55,159 bases of DNA, taken from contig JBGSVZ010000081.1 in the NCBI GenBank assembly GCA_041752695.1, positions 1-55,159 of the forward strand. Direction: 5' to 3'. Shown piece after piece: positions 11,455 through 22,064 of the stretch; the stretch's first letter is position 1, and each line of letters starts with the position of its first letter. Origin of the DNA: Terrimicrobiaceae bacterium. Lineage in GTDB: Bacteria > Verrucomicrobiota > Verrucomicrobiia > Chthoniobacterales > Terrimicrobiaceae. Made by a program: the position numbers and the translations under genes. The notes beneath the pieces are model-generated. The model was not told the origin of the DNA, did no database searches, and worked only from the letters and a program-made list of their open reading frames with translations.

Positions 11455-13696
11455 ATGAAAACTTACACAAAAACGCGCCAGTGTCTTAATCTGTCTATCT
11501 TGGGTCTCTTGCTCGCAGTTCAAGGCCTGATCGGCCAACAGTCCGTCGTCGTAAATTTGGCAGCTCCGCAATTCCCAGGATACAGTTGGGTAAGCGCATC
11601 TCAAAACGCTTCAGGCTTTCTTCACTCTGTTTCAGCTACCGAACCAACGGCTGAATATTTCGAATCCCTCAAGCCCCAGATATTGCGGTTTAGGGCTGCT
11701 ATTGGAGGAGTCGGCTCTTGGGGGGCGGGGACAGGATTTGAGAGCCCGGATTTTATGAGACGAATATCAACTATTCCACATCGGCAAATCGTACTCTCCG
11801 ACGAATATATGGGTTCTGGGTATCATAATTCTCTTGGGTGGCCGAGCGCCGGAAATCCAGCGGCACTCAATAAGCTGAGCGAAACTATCACAGCTATCCA
11901 TAATAAATCTGTAAGCCAAAATGCCGCTGGCCACACTGGCTACACTGGCTATGAATGGGATATCTGGAATGAGCCTGATTATTACACAAGCGCAGGAAAC
12001 TATTTTTGGGGCGGTTCGCTTGCTCAGTTCCTAAATTGCTGGGACTTTTCTTACGACAAAATTAAAGCTCTGCAGGGTGTTAATGCAGTAATCGTGGGTC
12101 CGAGTATCAGCTCTTTCAACTTTGTTTATTTGCAAAATTTTCTACTGCACTGCAAATCAGTGAACAAATACCCTACATATTTATCTTGGCACGAAATTCA
12201 AGGGTTGGCGGCAGCCGACATATACAATCACGCATCAGCAATACGGAGCTGGATGGTCGCGAATCAAATCCCCTTGCTGCCAATTATGATCAATGAATAT
12301 ACTGCTGAGAATGAGGCGACGAAACCAGGACTTCTGCCATGGTATTTTTCATCCCTTGAGGCAGCACGATTTCATGGAGTCGTAGCCTCTGCTCGCTCTT
12401 GCTGGGACGAAATCCCTGGAAACGGAGCGAGCAATACTCTTTTTTCTGGACGCCTTGACGGGATTATGACTGCGTCGTCTCCCCACTCGCCCAGAGCTAG
12501 TTGGTGGTTATATAAAGGATACGCCGACATGAACGGAAAAATGGTAAGCGTGACAGGCTCATCTAATGTAAACGGCGTGGCTAGTGTAAGTTCTGCGGGG
12601 GGATGTCGAGTTGTCCTAGGAAATAACTCTAACACGAATTTAGGAACAGTTTTAGTAACTATTACAGGCTTGAATCAGATCCCATTTTATAACAAATTCG
12701 GAAAGATTCATTTTTATCAAAATCGCATTCGTGGCAATACTGGATCCGCGTCGGTATTGACTCGCGATGTTTATTATAACGCAAACTATTCAGGGGCAGG
12801 TAATGCATTGACTTTTTCCCTCGAATTTAATGCTTATGATGCCTACGTCCTAAGTTTTACCAATCCGCGCCATGATCCATTGGCGGATAATAATGCTGAT
12901 GGAATTGCAGAGTTAGCAATCTGGACTCCATCAACGGGAATTTGGCATATGTACAATAAATTTAACGGTTGGGGGGGGGCTCACTACGTGGCAGTTAGGA
13001 TCGAGCGCGAATAGCGATGTTCCTGTGCCAGCGGATTACAATGGTAACGGTGCAACGGACATCGCTGTTTGGAATCCCCCTGCTGGCATTTGGACTGCCG
13101 CCGGTTTAGGCACTTGGCAATTGGGGTATGGCGCAAATGGGGACATTCCAGTGCCGGGCGACTATAACGGTGACGGAGCAATTGATATAGGCGTCTGGAA
13201 TCCTGCCGCTGGCATTTGGACGATTGGAGCTCTGGGCTCATGGCAGTTCGGACACGGCGCGAATGGCGACATCCCAGTTCCAGGTGACTATAATGGCGAT
13301 CTAGCGACCGATATCGCAGTCTTCAATCCTCCAGCGGGGGTTTGGTCAGTTGCAGCATTGGGGACGTGGTCTTGGGGTCAAGTCGGCGATATTCCGGTGC
13401 CTGCAGATTATAACGGAGATGGGATAACCGATATCGCGGTTTGGCGCCCTAGCACAGGCGAGTGGCGTATTGCTGGCGGTCTGGGCACTTTCCAGTGGGG
13501 TCTCGGCGCAAATGGTGATATTCCAATGCCGGGCGATTACGATGGTGACGGAGCAGCTGACATTGCTGTGTTTAACCGTGCATCAGCACAATTCGTCATT
13601 CGAAACATTGGCGGAACTGCAAGTTATTTCTACATTGGAGGAAATCCCTACGACATTCCTCTACCTAGAACGCCCTATCATATTATGAACCCATAG
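11455..13696 (+). pseudogene. Secreted clan GH-A (GH39-like) glycoside hydrolase with C-terminal FG-GAP/VCBS repeats, split by a frameshift at a G9 tract (ORFs 11455-13014 and 13025-13696)
   Basis: Signal peptide, WNEPD acid/base and MINEY nucleophile motifs. After G9 (12971-12979) the shifted frame reads GLTTWQLGSSANSDVPVPADYNGNG, continuing the repeat. Visibly AT-richer than the flanks. Confidence 0.8.
12985..13580 (+). repeat. About five tandem 36-39-aa FG-GAP/VCBS-like coding repeats
   Basis: Unit approximates WQ(L/F/W)G.GANGDIPVP(G/A)DYNGDG..DI(A/G)V(W/F)NP..G.W...LG(T/S). Confidence 0.9.
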
Positions 13697-13844
13697 CTTT
13701 CTCGGTAGATAAATCCTCAAGCTTATGGAACTGACTCTTTACCTCGCCGACTTAAAATTACAGCTCCGTTGAAGGTCCAGAAGAATGTCGGTTGACCGTG
13801 ATTATTTAAAGTTTATACGAATATATTTGCTCATTTTATAAATA

Positions 13845-14351
13845 TTGCCTAATTTTTTGAAAGCCTATCGCCTTGACTGGGCGGCGCAATTTTTATTCTG
13901 TAAAGGTTGCGAGTTAGTTTGGAGGCAGGTCGGCGGGTGTCATGTTGAGGTCACGGGTGTCCATCGCGGTTATCCGGAAAAATTTCCAGCGAGCGGTTAT
14001 GAACTGATGCATGACAGCTATTTCAAATACTGGGAAAATGATCTCGGGAACTTTGATCTGCCCTACATTCCTAATGTGACGATGGGTTGGGATCCAAGTC
14101 CCCGCACAACACAATCGGACAACAACTCCCATACCGTGTATCACTTTGGCCCGGTCGTCATTGATAGCACCCCGGAGGCGTTTAAGCAATCGCTGCTGAT
14201 GACCCGTGAACGCATGGAGAAACGCGGTGGAAGGCAAATTCCGATGGTTACGATCAACGCATGGAACGAATGGACGGAAGGAAGTTATCTGGAGCCGGAC
14301 ACCCGCTATGGCATGGGCTATCTCGAAGCGATCCGCGAAGTCTTTGGATAA
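13845..14351 (+). pseudogene. C-terminal fragment of a GH99-like/WbsX-family protein
   Basis: YIPNVTMGWDPSPR and INAWNEWTEGSYLEPD..YG..YLEAI motifs. The N-terminal part of the family fold is missing; recognisable similarity starts near 13990. Confidence 0.75.
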
Positions 14352-14409
14352 TGATTCAATCAAAAATTAGTCATAATACTAATCAAAATTCGCAGATCGT
14401 TGCCCAAGA

Positions 14410-15474
14410 ATGACTCCCCGCATCCGGCCACTCATCCTCCTCATCGCCACGTCGCTCGCCAACGCCAGCTCGCTCAAGGAAGCTTACGAAAAGGATTTTC
14501 CCATTGGTGTCGCCGTCTCGCCGGAGGATATTGCCGATCCTTCCAGGCAGGAGTTCATCAAAAAAAACTTCAACTCGCTATCGTTTGAGAATGTGCTCAA
14601 ATGGGAGATCGTCGAACCGAGGGAAGGTGAATTCCATTTTGAGCTTGCCGACAAGATCGTCGAATTCGCTCAGGCCAACGGGATGGCGCTAACCGGCCAC
14701 AGTTTTGTCTGGCACAGTCAGACCCCGGACTGGGTTTTCGTCGGACCAGACGGAAAGCCAGCGAACCGCGAGCTCCTTCTTGAGCGCCTGCACAAGCACA
14801 TCCACACCATCATGACCCGCTACAAGGGGGTCATTTCCACTTGGGATGTCGTCAATGAGATTGCTTCCGATGAGGATGGAAAATCCCCCTACCGGCACAG
14901 CAAGTGGATCGAAATCCTGGGTCCAGAAATTGTCGTGAAAGCATTCGAGTTCGCCCACGAGGCTGACCCGTCGGCCACATTGCTTTACAATGACTACGGA
15001 ATCGAGGTTGGGCCGAAACACGAGCGTGCGCTGCAGATTCTCAAAGACGTCCGCAAAGCCAAGGCCCCGATCAGCGGCATCGGCCTCCAGTCCCACATAA
15101 CGCTTGTCTGGCCTGCGATTGATCAAATCGAGGCGGCAATCCGCGCATTTTCCCGTCTCAAGTTCCAAGTGCATATCACTGAACTCGACATGAGCGTGTA
15201 CCCCGACGACAAAGAAAGGAAAAACCTCTACCCCGATGCCTGTCCGCCGGACCTGCTCCGGCAGCAGGCGGAACGATACGGCGATCTTTTCCGGATGTTC
15301 CGCCGCAACAAGAACCGTATTTCCCGCGTCACGTTTTGGAATGTCCACGACGGCCTAAGCTGGCTGAACAAATACCCCGTTCCCAACCGTCGCAATTATC
15401 CGCTGCTCTGGGACAGCGATCTCAAGCCAAAACCCGCCTTCGACTCGGTCATTTCCGCTGCTGCTCCATTGTAA
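14410..15474 (+). CDS. GH10 endo-1,4-beta-xylanase, secreted
   Basis: Signal peptide, FENVLKW, GHSFVWHSQTP, WDVVNE (acid/base), YNDY, GLQSH, ITELD (nucleophile) and PLLWD...PKPAF. Confidence 0.95.
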   Translation: MTPRIRPLILLIATSLANASSLKEAYEKDFPIGVAVSPEDIADPSRQEFIKKNFNSLSFENVLKWEIVEPREGEFHFELADKIVEFAQANGMALTGHSFVWHSQTPDWVFVGPDGKPANRELLLERLHKHIHTIMTRYKGVISTWDVVNEIASDEDGKSPYRHSKWIEILGPEIVVKAFEFAHEADPSATLLYNDYGIEVGPKHERALQILKDVRKAKAPISGIGLQSHITLVWPAIDQIEAAIRAFSRLKFQVHITELDMSVYPDDKERKNLYPDACPPDLLRQQAERYGDLFRMFRRNKNRISRVTFWNVHDGLSWLNKYPVPNRRNYPLLWDSDLKPKPAFDSVISAAAPL

Positions 15475-15742
15475 TGCTTCCCTGGTACTTGGCGCTGATG
15501 GCACACGAGAGCCGTGGTGGCATTCGCTTGATATGGCTTCAGAGTTGAACGTCGAGGTTATCTCGCAGGAAAGGGCATGACTAGCGGTAACTGCTCTAGC
15601 TCTAGCGCCAGCTTTGACAAATCAGCGGCGGCGGCGCGATGAGACCGCGCAACTGAAACTAGCCATTGTCAATCAATGGTCGGTGCTGCGGGAGGTAGTT
15701 TTTGTCCCACGATGGCTTCATCTCATTTGTCAAGGCTAGGCC

Positions 15743-17207
15743 CAATGCCGTTCGGTATAAGCTCTCAGTCAGAAACATACAACTAATTGATGGTCAGCAA
15801 ACTGCACCAAAATAGCTGTGTATTTTTGGGTTGGTGTCTGGGAGAAAAGCGGGATGCGTGACATTACCCGATTATCGAGCGACTTTCCGACTTTCGCCAT
15901 GCGTTTTCCAAGCTGATTTCCCCTGGTCGATTAGGGCAGAGTTTGCGCCGCCATGGCCCGGCCAAACGGTGTCCGGCGAAAGTGAAAGTGCAGTGTGTGC
16001 TGAGAGCTTTGATCTTTCATCTTCTGCGGGTAAGCGGGACAGTCTGCGAAAACCTCATGCTTCTTCATGGCCAGAAGCTGAGTGCATCGAGCATGAGCGA
16101 ACGACGTCAAAATCTGGCTTTGAAGGTTTTCCAAACCATCATGGGGGAAGCCCTCGCCCCCAAGGCGCAGGAAAAGAAACATCCCGAAGCTTTCTACCGG
16201 GGTTGGCGGCTTGTCGCCATGGATGGAACGCAATATTCGGTGACCAATACGCCGCAGATCCTTTCCTCGCTGAGCAAGGCGGCGTCCCGGCGGATGAAGG
16301 CGGTTTTTGCCAAAATCGGCGCGGTCGTCCTGGTGGAAATTGGCGTGCATAATCCGCTGGCGGTCGAAATTGGAGCCGAGGGTGAGAGCGAAATGACGCT
16401 GGCCAAACGGCTCCGGTCCCACCTGCCCGAAAAGTCCCTGCTCATCGCCGACCGATACTATCGGTGTGTGGGCTTTCCTGGGCGAGTTCTTTGCCCTCTT
16501 GCAGGGCGTGAAGTGCGCCTTTTTGGTGCGCGTGCGCAGCAATCTCAAACCTCGCTTGGCCGAGCATCTGGCTGATGGCAGTGCCCTGGTGGAAACCAAG
16601 GCAGAGAAGGGCCGGAAGCCTCTCCTGGTGCGCGAGATCCGGGGCCGAGTGCGCCAGGCCAAAGGCCCCTGGGTGGATATCCGCTTCTGGACCAATTTGC
16701 TCGACCCCAAAAAGTATCCCGCGAAGGAACTCCTCGCCCTCTATGCCAAACGCTGGGAGCAGGAGATGATGAGCAAGCAACTCAAGATCGACATGCGGCA
16801 GGCTCCCTTGCTGGGCAGCCACACCCCTCACGCCGCCGCCCAGGAAGTGGCGGCCCTTGTGCTGGCTCACGCCCTTGTGGCCCAAACCCGCCTGGAAGCT
16901 GCCTGAGTCGCAGGAACCGACGTCCTGCGCATCAGCTTTGGCAAAACCCTCGTGCTTGTCCGCTCTCTCTGGCTAACCCTGGCTGCGGGCGACGGGATCA
17001 TCAGCCAGAAACAAGCCCAAGCATTGACCCGGCAAATGCTGGCCTTCCTCTCCGAAACCGTTTTGCCTCCAAGGCGACAGCATTCCTGCCCCAGAAAAGT
17101 CCGACAGCCCGTCAGCAGTTGGCCCAGACTAACCGAAAACTCCTATTCCCTCGGCTCCTCCGAATACAAAATTACCCCGATTGCTGCCTAATTCCCGAAC
17201 GGCATTG
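15743..17207 (+). mobile_element. IS4-family insertion sequence (inactivated)
   Basis: 13-bp perfect terminal inverted repeats CAATGCCGTTCGG (15743-15755) and CCGAACGGCATTG (17195-17207) resemble the IS4 end TAATGCCG. They enclose a DDE transposase. Confidence 0.9.
15854..17191 (+). pseudogene. IS4 DDE transposase pseudogene
   Basis: RLVAMDGT, LLIADRYY and LY.KRWEQE...KQLK motifs. Frameshifts near 15870 and 16465, and an in-frame TGA at 16904-16906. Confidence 0.88.
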
Positions 17208-17448
17208 TTTTTAGGCCGATTTTATGCAAAGCGACGGCGAGGCATTGATGTTCTCGACTCTGAGATCGGAAAACCGATAAACGATCACTGGTCTGGTGGC
17301 GCCTACAATTTGGCATCCGTCGAGGGGCGGACCAAGCTCCGGCCGGATGAGTCCTTGTTCAGAACAAAAAAGGCAGCTTGTTGAACCTGTTAACATTTCT
17401 CGGGGTTGTACAGCTTCGATGTGCGTTGTATAGCCATTGTAAATACGA

Positions 17449-18000
17449 ATGCCTCTCGGAATTCCATCGCTTTCCTCTCCTAGAGCATTTTCTCTCATCG
17501 AACTGCTCGTCGTCATGGCAATCATCGGTCTACTGGCGGTATTCGCCGTCCCGGCCGTCACGTCGATTGGTCAGGCCAGAGGGGTATCTGAAGCGGCGAG
17601 CCAAGTGGCCTCTGCGGTCGAGTTGGCGAGGAGCGAGGCGATTGTCCGGCAGACGTATGTGTGGTTTGGCCTACAGCCGCAGACGAACAGTGGTAGTCTG
17701 GATCTCCGGCTGGGGATGGTCTATTCGAAGGATGGATCGACCAATACGAATGCTGCTAATCTTCAGCCCATTGGGCGCTCCAGATTGATTCAGCGTGCAG
17801 GGTTGGTGGATCTTTCCAGCGTGAATGTCGGGACCAATTTGACCAGTGCAACAGATCTCTCAACGTTCAATTCGGGCCTGACTTTCGAGATTGGAGCGTT
17901 CCGCTTCGAAAACGGCCGAGCCGATCCTTCACCCCTCGGTCGGATGACACTTCATTTTTATGACCGAGTCCGCAACGCGACGCGTGCCCCTCGTTCGTAG
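17449..18000 (+). pseudogene. Prepilin-type N-terminal cleavage/methylation domain protein (GspH/FimT-like), probably 3'-disrupted
   Basis: RAFSLIELLVVMAIIGLL type IV pilin N-terminus and ELARSEAI...YVW. The sequence loses protein-like character after about 17920, and no partner pilin genes are adjacent. Confidence 0.7.
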
Positions 18001-18349
18001 TCTTTTCCTCTTCGCCGTGTCTTCCTTCCCCCATCGAGGTCCGCCCACGCCATCGCCCGCCTTCCAATCTGGTGATCGCTGGGTGGCTGAGGTGACAGTA
18101 TCACGAGGGAAAAATCCTATGACTGCTGCGTCGATTTGTTCCATTTGATCAGGGGGCCCAACCTCCCGCTCACCTATGTCAAGGCAGGCGTGAACGGTGA
18201 AGCACATCGCCGCTGCACGGACTGCGGCGAGCCCAGTTAAACGGACGGTCAGGAGGAGGATCGAATTCCCATTGTGTCAACGTCTTGGGAACGTGTCGGT
18301 CAATGCTTGCCTTCGCGATGTTTTACCGCGAAGACTTAACGCTGCACGT

Positions 18350-20707
18350 ATGGGTTCTCGGAGTTATTACCAGATTGTCGTTCAGCACCCGGGGCTACAC
18401 AAACAGCGGGTTATTCGTGGCGATGACCGTTACGTCGTTGAGGCGGCGGCGCAGGCACAGAACAGAGCTTGGAATGAGCTTTATGCGAAGAAGCTGGAGG
18501 GTGAAGAACGGCGTCGAGATCGAGAATCGAAAAGGCAGGAGCTTGAGGGCAGCTTGCAAGAAGCCGAGGAACGGACACGCGAAGCTCAATCTGAACTTGA
18601 GGGTGTGCGAGGAGTCCTCGCCGCGACACTTCGGGTTGATGATCGAGTCGATTGGGAGAAGCTGAAGCAGAATCAACCGTTTTCGCAGCCGCAACCGCAC
18701 CAGAGGGCTTACCTGTCGATTCCGGCGGAACCCCAGGAGGGTGAAGCGCGATTCAAGCCCCAACTCGGCTTGCTGGACAAACTTTGGTCGGGCTCGGCGC
18801 AACGGAAACATGAGGCAGCGAGTTCCTTGTTCGCGGCTGAACACGCAGCGTGGACAAATCGTGTCACTGCGACCAATGCAACGAATGAGGCAATCTATAC
18901 GAGCAATCTTCGCGAGTTTGAGGAGTGGCAGCGGCGACGCGACGCATTTGAAGCGGCGCGCGAGGCGCACAACGCTGCGATTGATCGTCGGTGTGCCGCG
19001 TACCAGTCGCTCGAGCCGGAGGCTATCAGTGATCATTGCGAAATGGTTCTTGCGAGGTCGAAATATCCCGACTGTTGCCCTCAACAATCCGAAATTGGCT
19101 TTCACGCGGGCTCAAAATCCGTGGTCGTTGAATACGAACTTCCAGCGCCCGACGATGTGCCGCGACTGACGGAAGTGAAATATGTTCGCTCCAAAGGTGA
19201 CTTTACCGAGATCGAACAGACCCGGAAGCAGCTTGAGGTGCTCTACGGCGATTTACTCTGCCAGATCGCGCTGCGAACCGTTCACGAATTATTCGAAGCC
19301 GATGTGGTGCGTGCCCTTGAGTCTGTGGTTTTCAATGGGAATGTGACTGCGGTCGATCCGTCCTCTGGACATACGATAACGCGCTGTGTTCTGACGTTGC
19401 GTGCGGAGAGATCCGAGTTTCTCGCAGTCAACCTCCGCAATGTCGACGCCCAAGCATGCTTCCGCGGCATGGGGGGGCTTGCAGGAACAAAGCTTCTCGA
19501 GCTCAAAGCGGTGGAGCCACTTGGCACGATTGATCGAACCGGAGAGCGATTCACAGCGGCCGAGGATTTGAGCGAGTCGGATGCATCGCCTCTCGATGAA
19601 TGGCAGTGCATCGCGAAATCTCTAGTCGATCCACAAGACGTTCGCTTCATGGAGATTGGCACCCTTGCAGGGATCCTCGGTTTTCCCCCGGGGGAAAAGT
19701 ACTCCGCTCCCATGAGTCGGGAACTAGCAGCTGCAGTCGCGGCGCGAGGAATTGGAATCGAGCCCGATGCCCGACATGGCGGGCCGGCATACCGCTCAAC
19801 AGACGAGGTCGGGCTCTTTCGTCCGCTGGGCAGCCAGGTTAGCGACGCCTACGCCGGAGCTGCCGGCCTCCTTCAACTCTGTGTCATGATTGCAGCGGCT
19901 GACGATCAGCCAACGGAGGACGAGCTCAATGTTGCCAGGGACTTTATTCGGCGATCGATCGCGCTCAACAGTGAGGAGGAGCAACGGCTTCTCGTTTTCG
20001 AATCGGTTTTGTGTCGTCAGCCGGATCTGGTCAAGAGATCGCTTTCTCGGATCGCCAAACGTCTCGACGCTGTTCAGCGTCAGCATGTCGGTGAGATACT
20101 GGTGTGCATTGCCGGCGCGGACGGTGTGATCAGTTCCACCGAGTGGAATGCACTGGATCGCGCTTGCAAAACCCTTGAATTGCCATCCTCGGCACTGGAA
20201 GGAATTCTTCGGCAGCTTGGAGCAGAGATACTGGAAGTCACGGTTCAGGAAGCAGAACCGGGCGAGCCGGGCGAAACCATTCCGGGCGCGGTCGCACCTG
20301 CGCCAGTAGCCCCTGCATTCACCCTTGATATGGACCGTGTGGCGAAAATTTCGCAAGAGACGACCGAGGTAGTTGGTATGCTCGCGGCCGTAATGAGCGA
20401 AGATGATGCTCCACAGAAGGTGCTGCGTCCTGTCGAGACTGCACCTGCGGTTGAGCCGCTCGATGGTGCGTCTCTTCTGACGGGCCTTAAACCCAAATTT
20501 CACCCGCTCGTTCACCGCCTCTCCGAGCGCGATTCATGGAGTCGGAGCGACTTCGATCAACTCGTAGGCGAGTTCAAGTTGATGCCACTCGGGGCCTTCG
20601 ATGCCCTTAATGAATGGGCAGACGAGCATCTTGGCGATTTCCTTCTCGAGGGTGAAGATCCCATCACCTTCCGTCGAAGTCTTCTTCCCAAAGTTCTTCC
20701 ATCATGA
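18350..20707 (+). CDS. sngA: Shango SngA-like TerB/TerB_C protein with an Mrr-type restriction-protein N-terminal region
   Basis: C-terminal half has TerB repeats (AAADDQPTEDE; IAGADGVISSTE) and a TerB_C-like end (LDMDRVAKISQET..V..ML; LMPLGAFDALNEWA...LGDFLLEG). ATG at 18350 is in frame with ORF 18197. The stop overlaps the next ATG. Confidence 0.8.
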   Translation: MGSRSYYQIVVQHPGLHKQRVIRGDDRYVVEAAAQAQNRAWNELYAKKLEGEERRRDRESKRQELEGSLQEAEERTREAQSELEGVRGVLAATLRVDDRVDWEKLKQNQPFSQPQPHQRAYLSIPAEPQEGEARFKPQLGLLDKLWSGSAQRKHEAASSLFAAEHAAWTNRVTATNATNEAIYTSNLREFEEWQRRRDAFEAAREAHNAAIDRRCAAYQSLEPEAISDHCEMVLARSKYPDCCPQQSEIGFHAGSKSVVVEYELPAPDDVPRLTEVKYVRSKGDFTEIEQTRKQLEVLYGDLLCQIALRTVHELFEADVVRALESVVFNGNVTAVDPSSGHTITRCVLTLRAERSEFLAVNLRNVDAQACFRGMGGLAGTKLLELKAVEPLGTIDRTGERFTAAEDLSESDASPLDEWQCIAKSLVDPQDVRFMEIGTLAGILGFPPGEKYSAPMSRELAAAVAARGIGIEPDARHGGPAYRSTDEVGLFRPLGSQVSDAYAGAAGLLQLCVMIAAADDQPTEDELNVARDFIRRSIALNSEEEQRLLVFESVLCRQPDLVKRSLSRIAKRLDAVQRQHVGEILVCIAGADGVISSTEWNALDRACKTLELPSSALEGILRQLGAEILEVTVQEAEPGEPGETIPGAVAPAPVAPAFTLDMDRVAKISQETTEVVGMLAAVMSEDDAPQKVLRPVETAPAVEPLDGASLLTGLKPKFHPLVHRLSERDSWSRSDFDQLVGEFKLMPLGAFDALNEWADEHLGDFLLEGEDPITFRRSLLPKVLPS

Positions 20708-22038
20708 CCGAAATTAAACGCCGCGAACGGGACGCGATTCTGCAATCGCTGCAAGCGGGTCTCGTCCCGCGCTTGGGACTCCACCTGATCCAGGTCGGTC
20801 GAAAGGACGAGGTTTCTGCAATGCTGCAGGATATCGAACGGATCGCCAGTGGAGGCGCCTCTTTCCGCATTGTGGTTGGCCGATTTGGCAGCGGAAAAAG
20901 TTTCTTTCTTAATCTCATCCGCACGCTCGCACTGCAAAAGCGGCTCGTTGTCGCACAGGCTGACATGACGATGGAGCGCCGAGTCCAGGCGAGCGGTGGC
21001 CAGGCGCAGGCACTCTACTCCGAGTTGATGCGTAATCTCGCCACCAAAGCGAAACCTGAAGGTGGCGCACTCCGCAATCTTTGCGAAGGATGGATTTCGA
21101 ACCTCCATCACGAGGTGACCTCCGCGGGAGGCGACGAAGCTGCGGTGAAACAGCGAATTCAGAGCGACTTGCGTGACCTCCAGGAACACGTCGGAGGATT
21201 TGAGTTTGCGCAAGTGCTCACCCGGTATTACGAAGGCCACACCGTCGGCGACGAGGCATTGCAGGCCGCAGCACTGCGATGGTTGCGCGCGGAATTCACA
21301 ACGAAAACGGAAGCCCGCGAAGCACTCGGGGTTCGGCGGATCATCACTGACGACAATTTCTACGACGCGCTTAAGCTCATGGCAGCCTTTTGTGCGAAAG
21401 CCGGTCACGGGGGACTTTTTGTTAACCTTGACGAGATGGTTGTACTGTCGCACCGGCTGCCCAGCCAGCGAGCACGGCAGGCCAATTACGAGGCGATTCT
21501 CAGCATCTTGAATGATTGTATGCAAGGAGGCGTCACGAATCTCGGATTTATCCTCGCCGGTACCGATGAATGTCTCGAAGACAAGCGTCGCGGCCTCTAT
21601 AGCTACGAAGCCTTGCGGTCGCGCTTGGCCGAGAATCGCTTCGCGGGTGATGGTGTTATCGATTTTTCCGGCCCTGTGGTGCGCCTCCAGAATCTCACCG
21701 CTGAAGATCTCTTTGTTCTGTTGCGTAATATTCGGCATGTCTATGCGACAGGCGACGCTGCGCGTTACCTCGTCCCGGATACCGCACTCGTCGCCGTCTT
21801 GCGCCAGGCCAACGAAACGCTTGGCGCGGAGTATTTCAAGACACCGCGAGATGTGGTGCGTTCGTTCGTCGGGCTACTCAATGTTCTCGATCAGAACCGC
21901 TCCCGGACGTGGGAGGAGTTCGTGGGAAATGGATTTATTCAGCATCCGGGGCAACCCATGTCGGTAGAAGAGGAAGTAGCCTCCGGTGTCGCTGCGCCTG
22001 AGGATGCAGAAGACGATCTGCAGACATTTAAGCTGTAG
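20704..22038 (+). CDS. sngB: P-loop ATPase (DUF2791/BrxD-like), Shango SngB
   Basis: SLQAGLVPRLGL..IQVGR, Walker A GRFGSGKS, Walker B VNLDE and GLYSYEALRSRL. ATGA overlap with the upstream gene. Confidence 0.88.
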   Translation: MTEIKRRERDAILQSLQAGLVPRLGLHLIQVGRKDEVSAMLQDIERIASGGASFRIVVGRFGSGKSFFLNLIRTLALQKRLVVAQADMTMERRVQASGGQAQALYSELMRNLATKAKPEGGALRNLCEGWISNLHHEVTSAGGDEAAVKQRIQSDLRDLQEHVGGFEFAQVLTRYYEGHTVGDEALQAAALRWLRAEFTTKTEAREALGVRRIITDDNFYDALKLMAAFCAKAGHGGLFVNLDEMVVLSHRLPSQRARQANYEAILSILNDCMQGGVTNLGFILAGTDECLEDKRRGLYSYEALRSRLAENRFAGDGVIDFSGPVVRLQNLTAEDLFVLLRNIRHVYATGDAARYLVPDTALVAVLRQANETLGAEYFKTPRDVVRSFVGLLNVLDQNRSRTWEEFVGNGFIQHPGQPMSVEEEVASGVAAPEDAEDDLQTFKL

Positions 22039-22064
22039 GCCGTGGCTCGAGGGCCGTCGAAAAG

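Noticed and set aside
12985..13580. Periodic repeats considered as a CRISPR array or DGR template
   Set aside because: The repeats are degenerate at synonymous positions and encode FG-GAP units. There are no identical DNA repeats with unique spacers, and no cas or reverse transcriptase gene.
18156..18242. attC-like pair GCCCAAC...GTTAAAC upstream of sngA
   Set aside because: L-box spacing is asymmetric (5 versus 3 nt), internal pairing is poor, and there is no integron integrase or second attC in the window.
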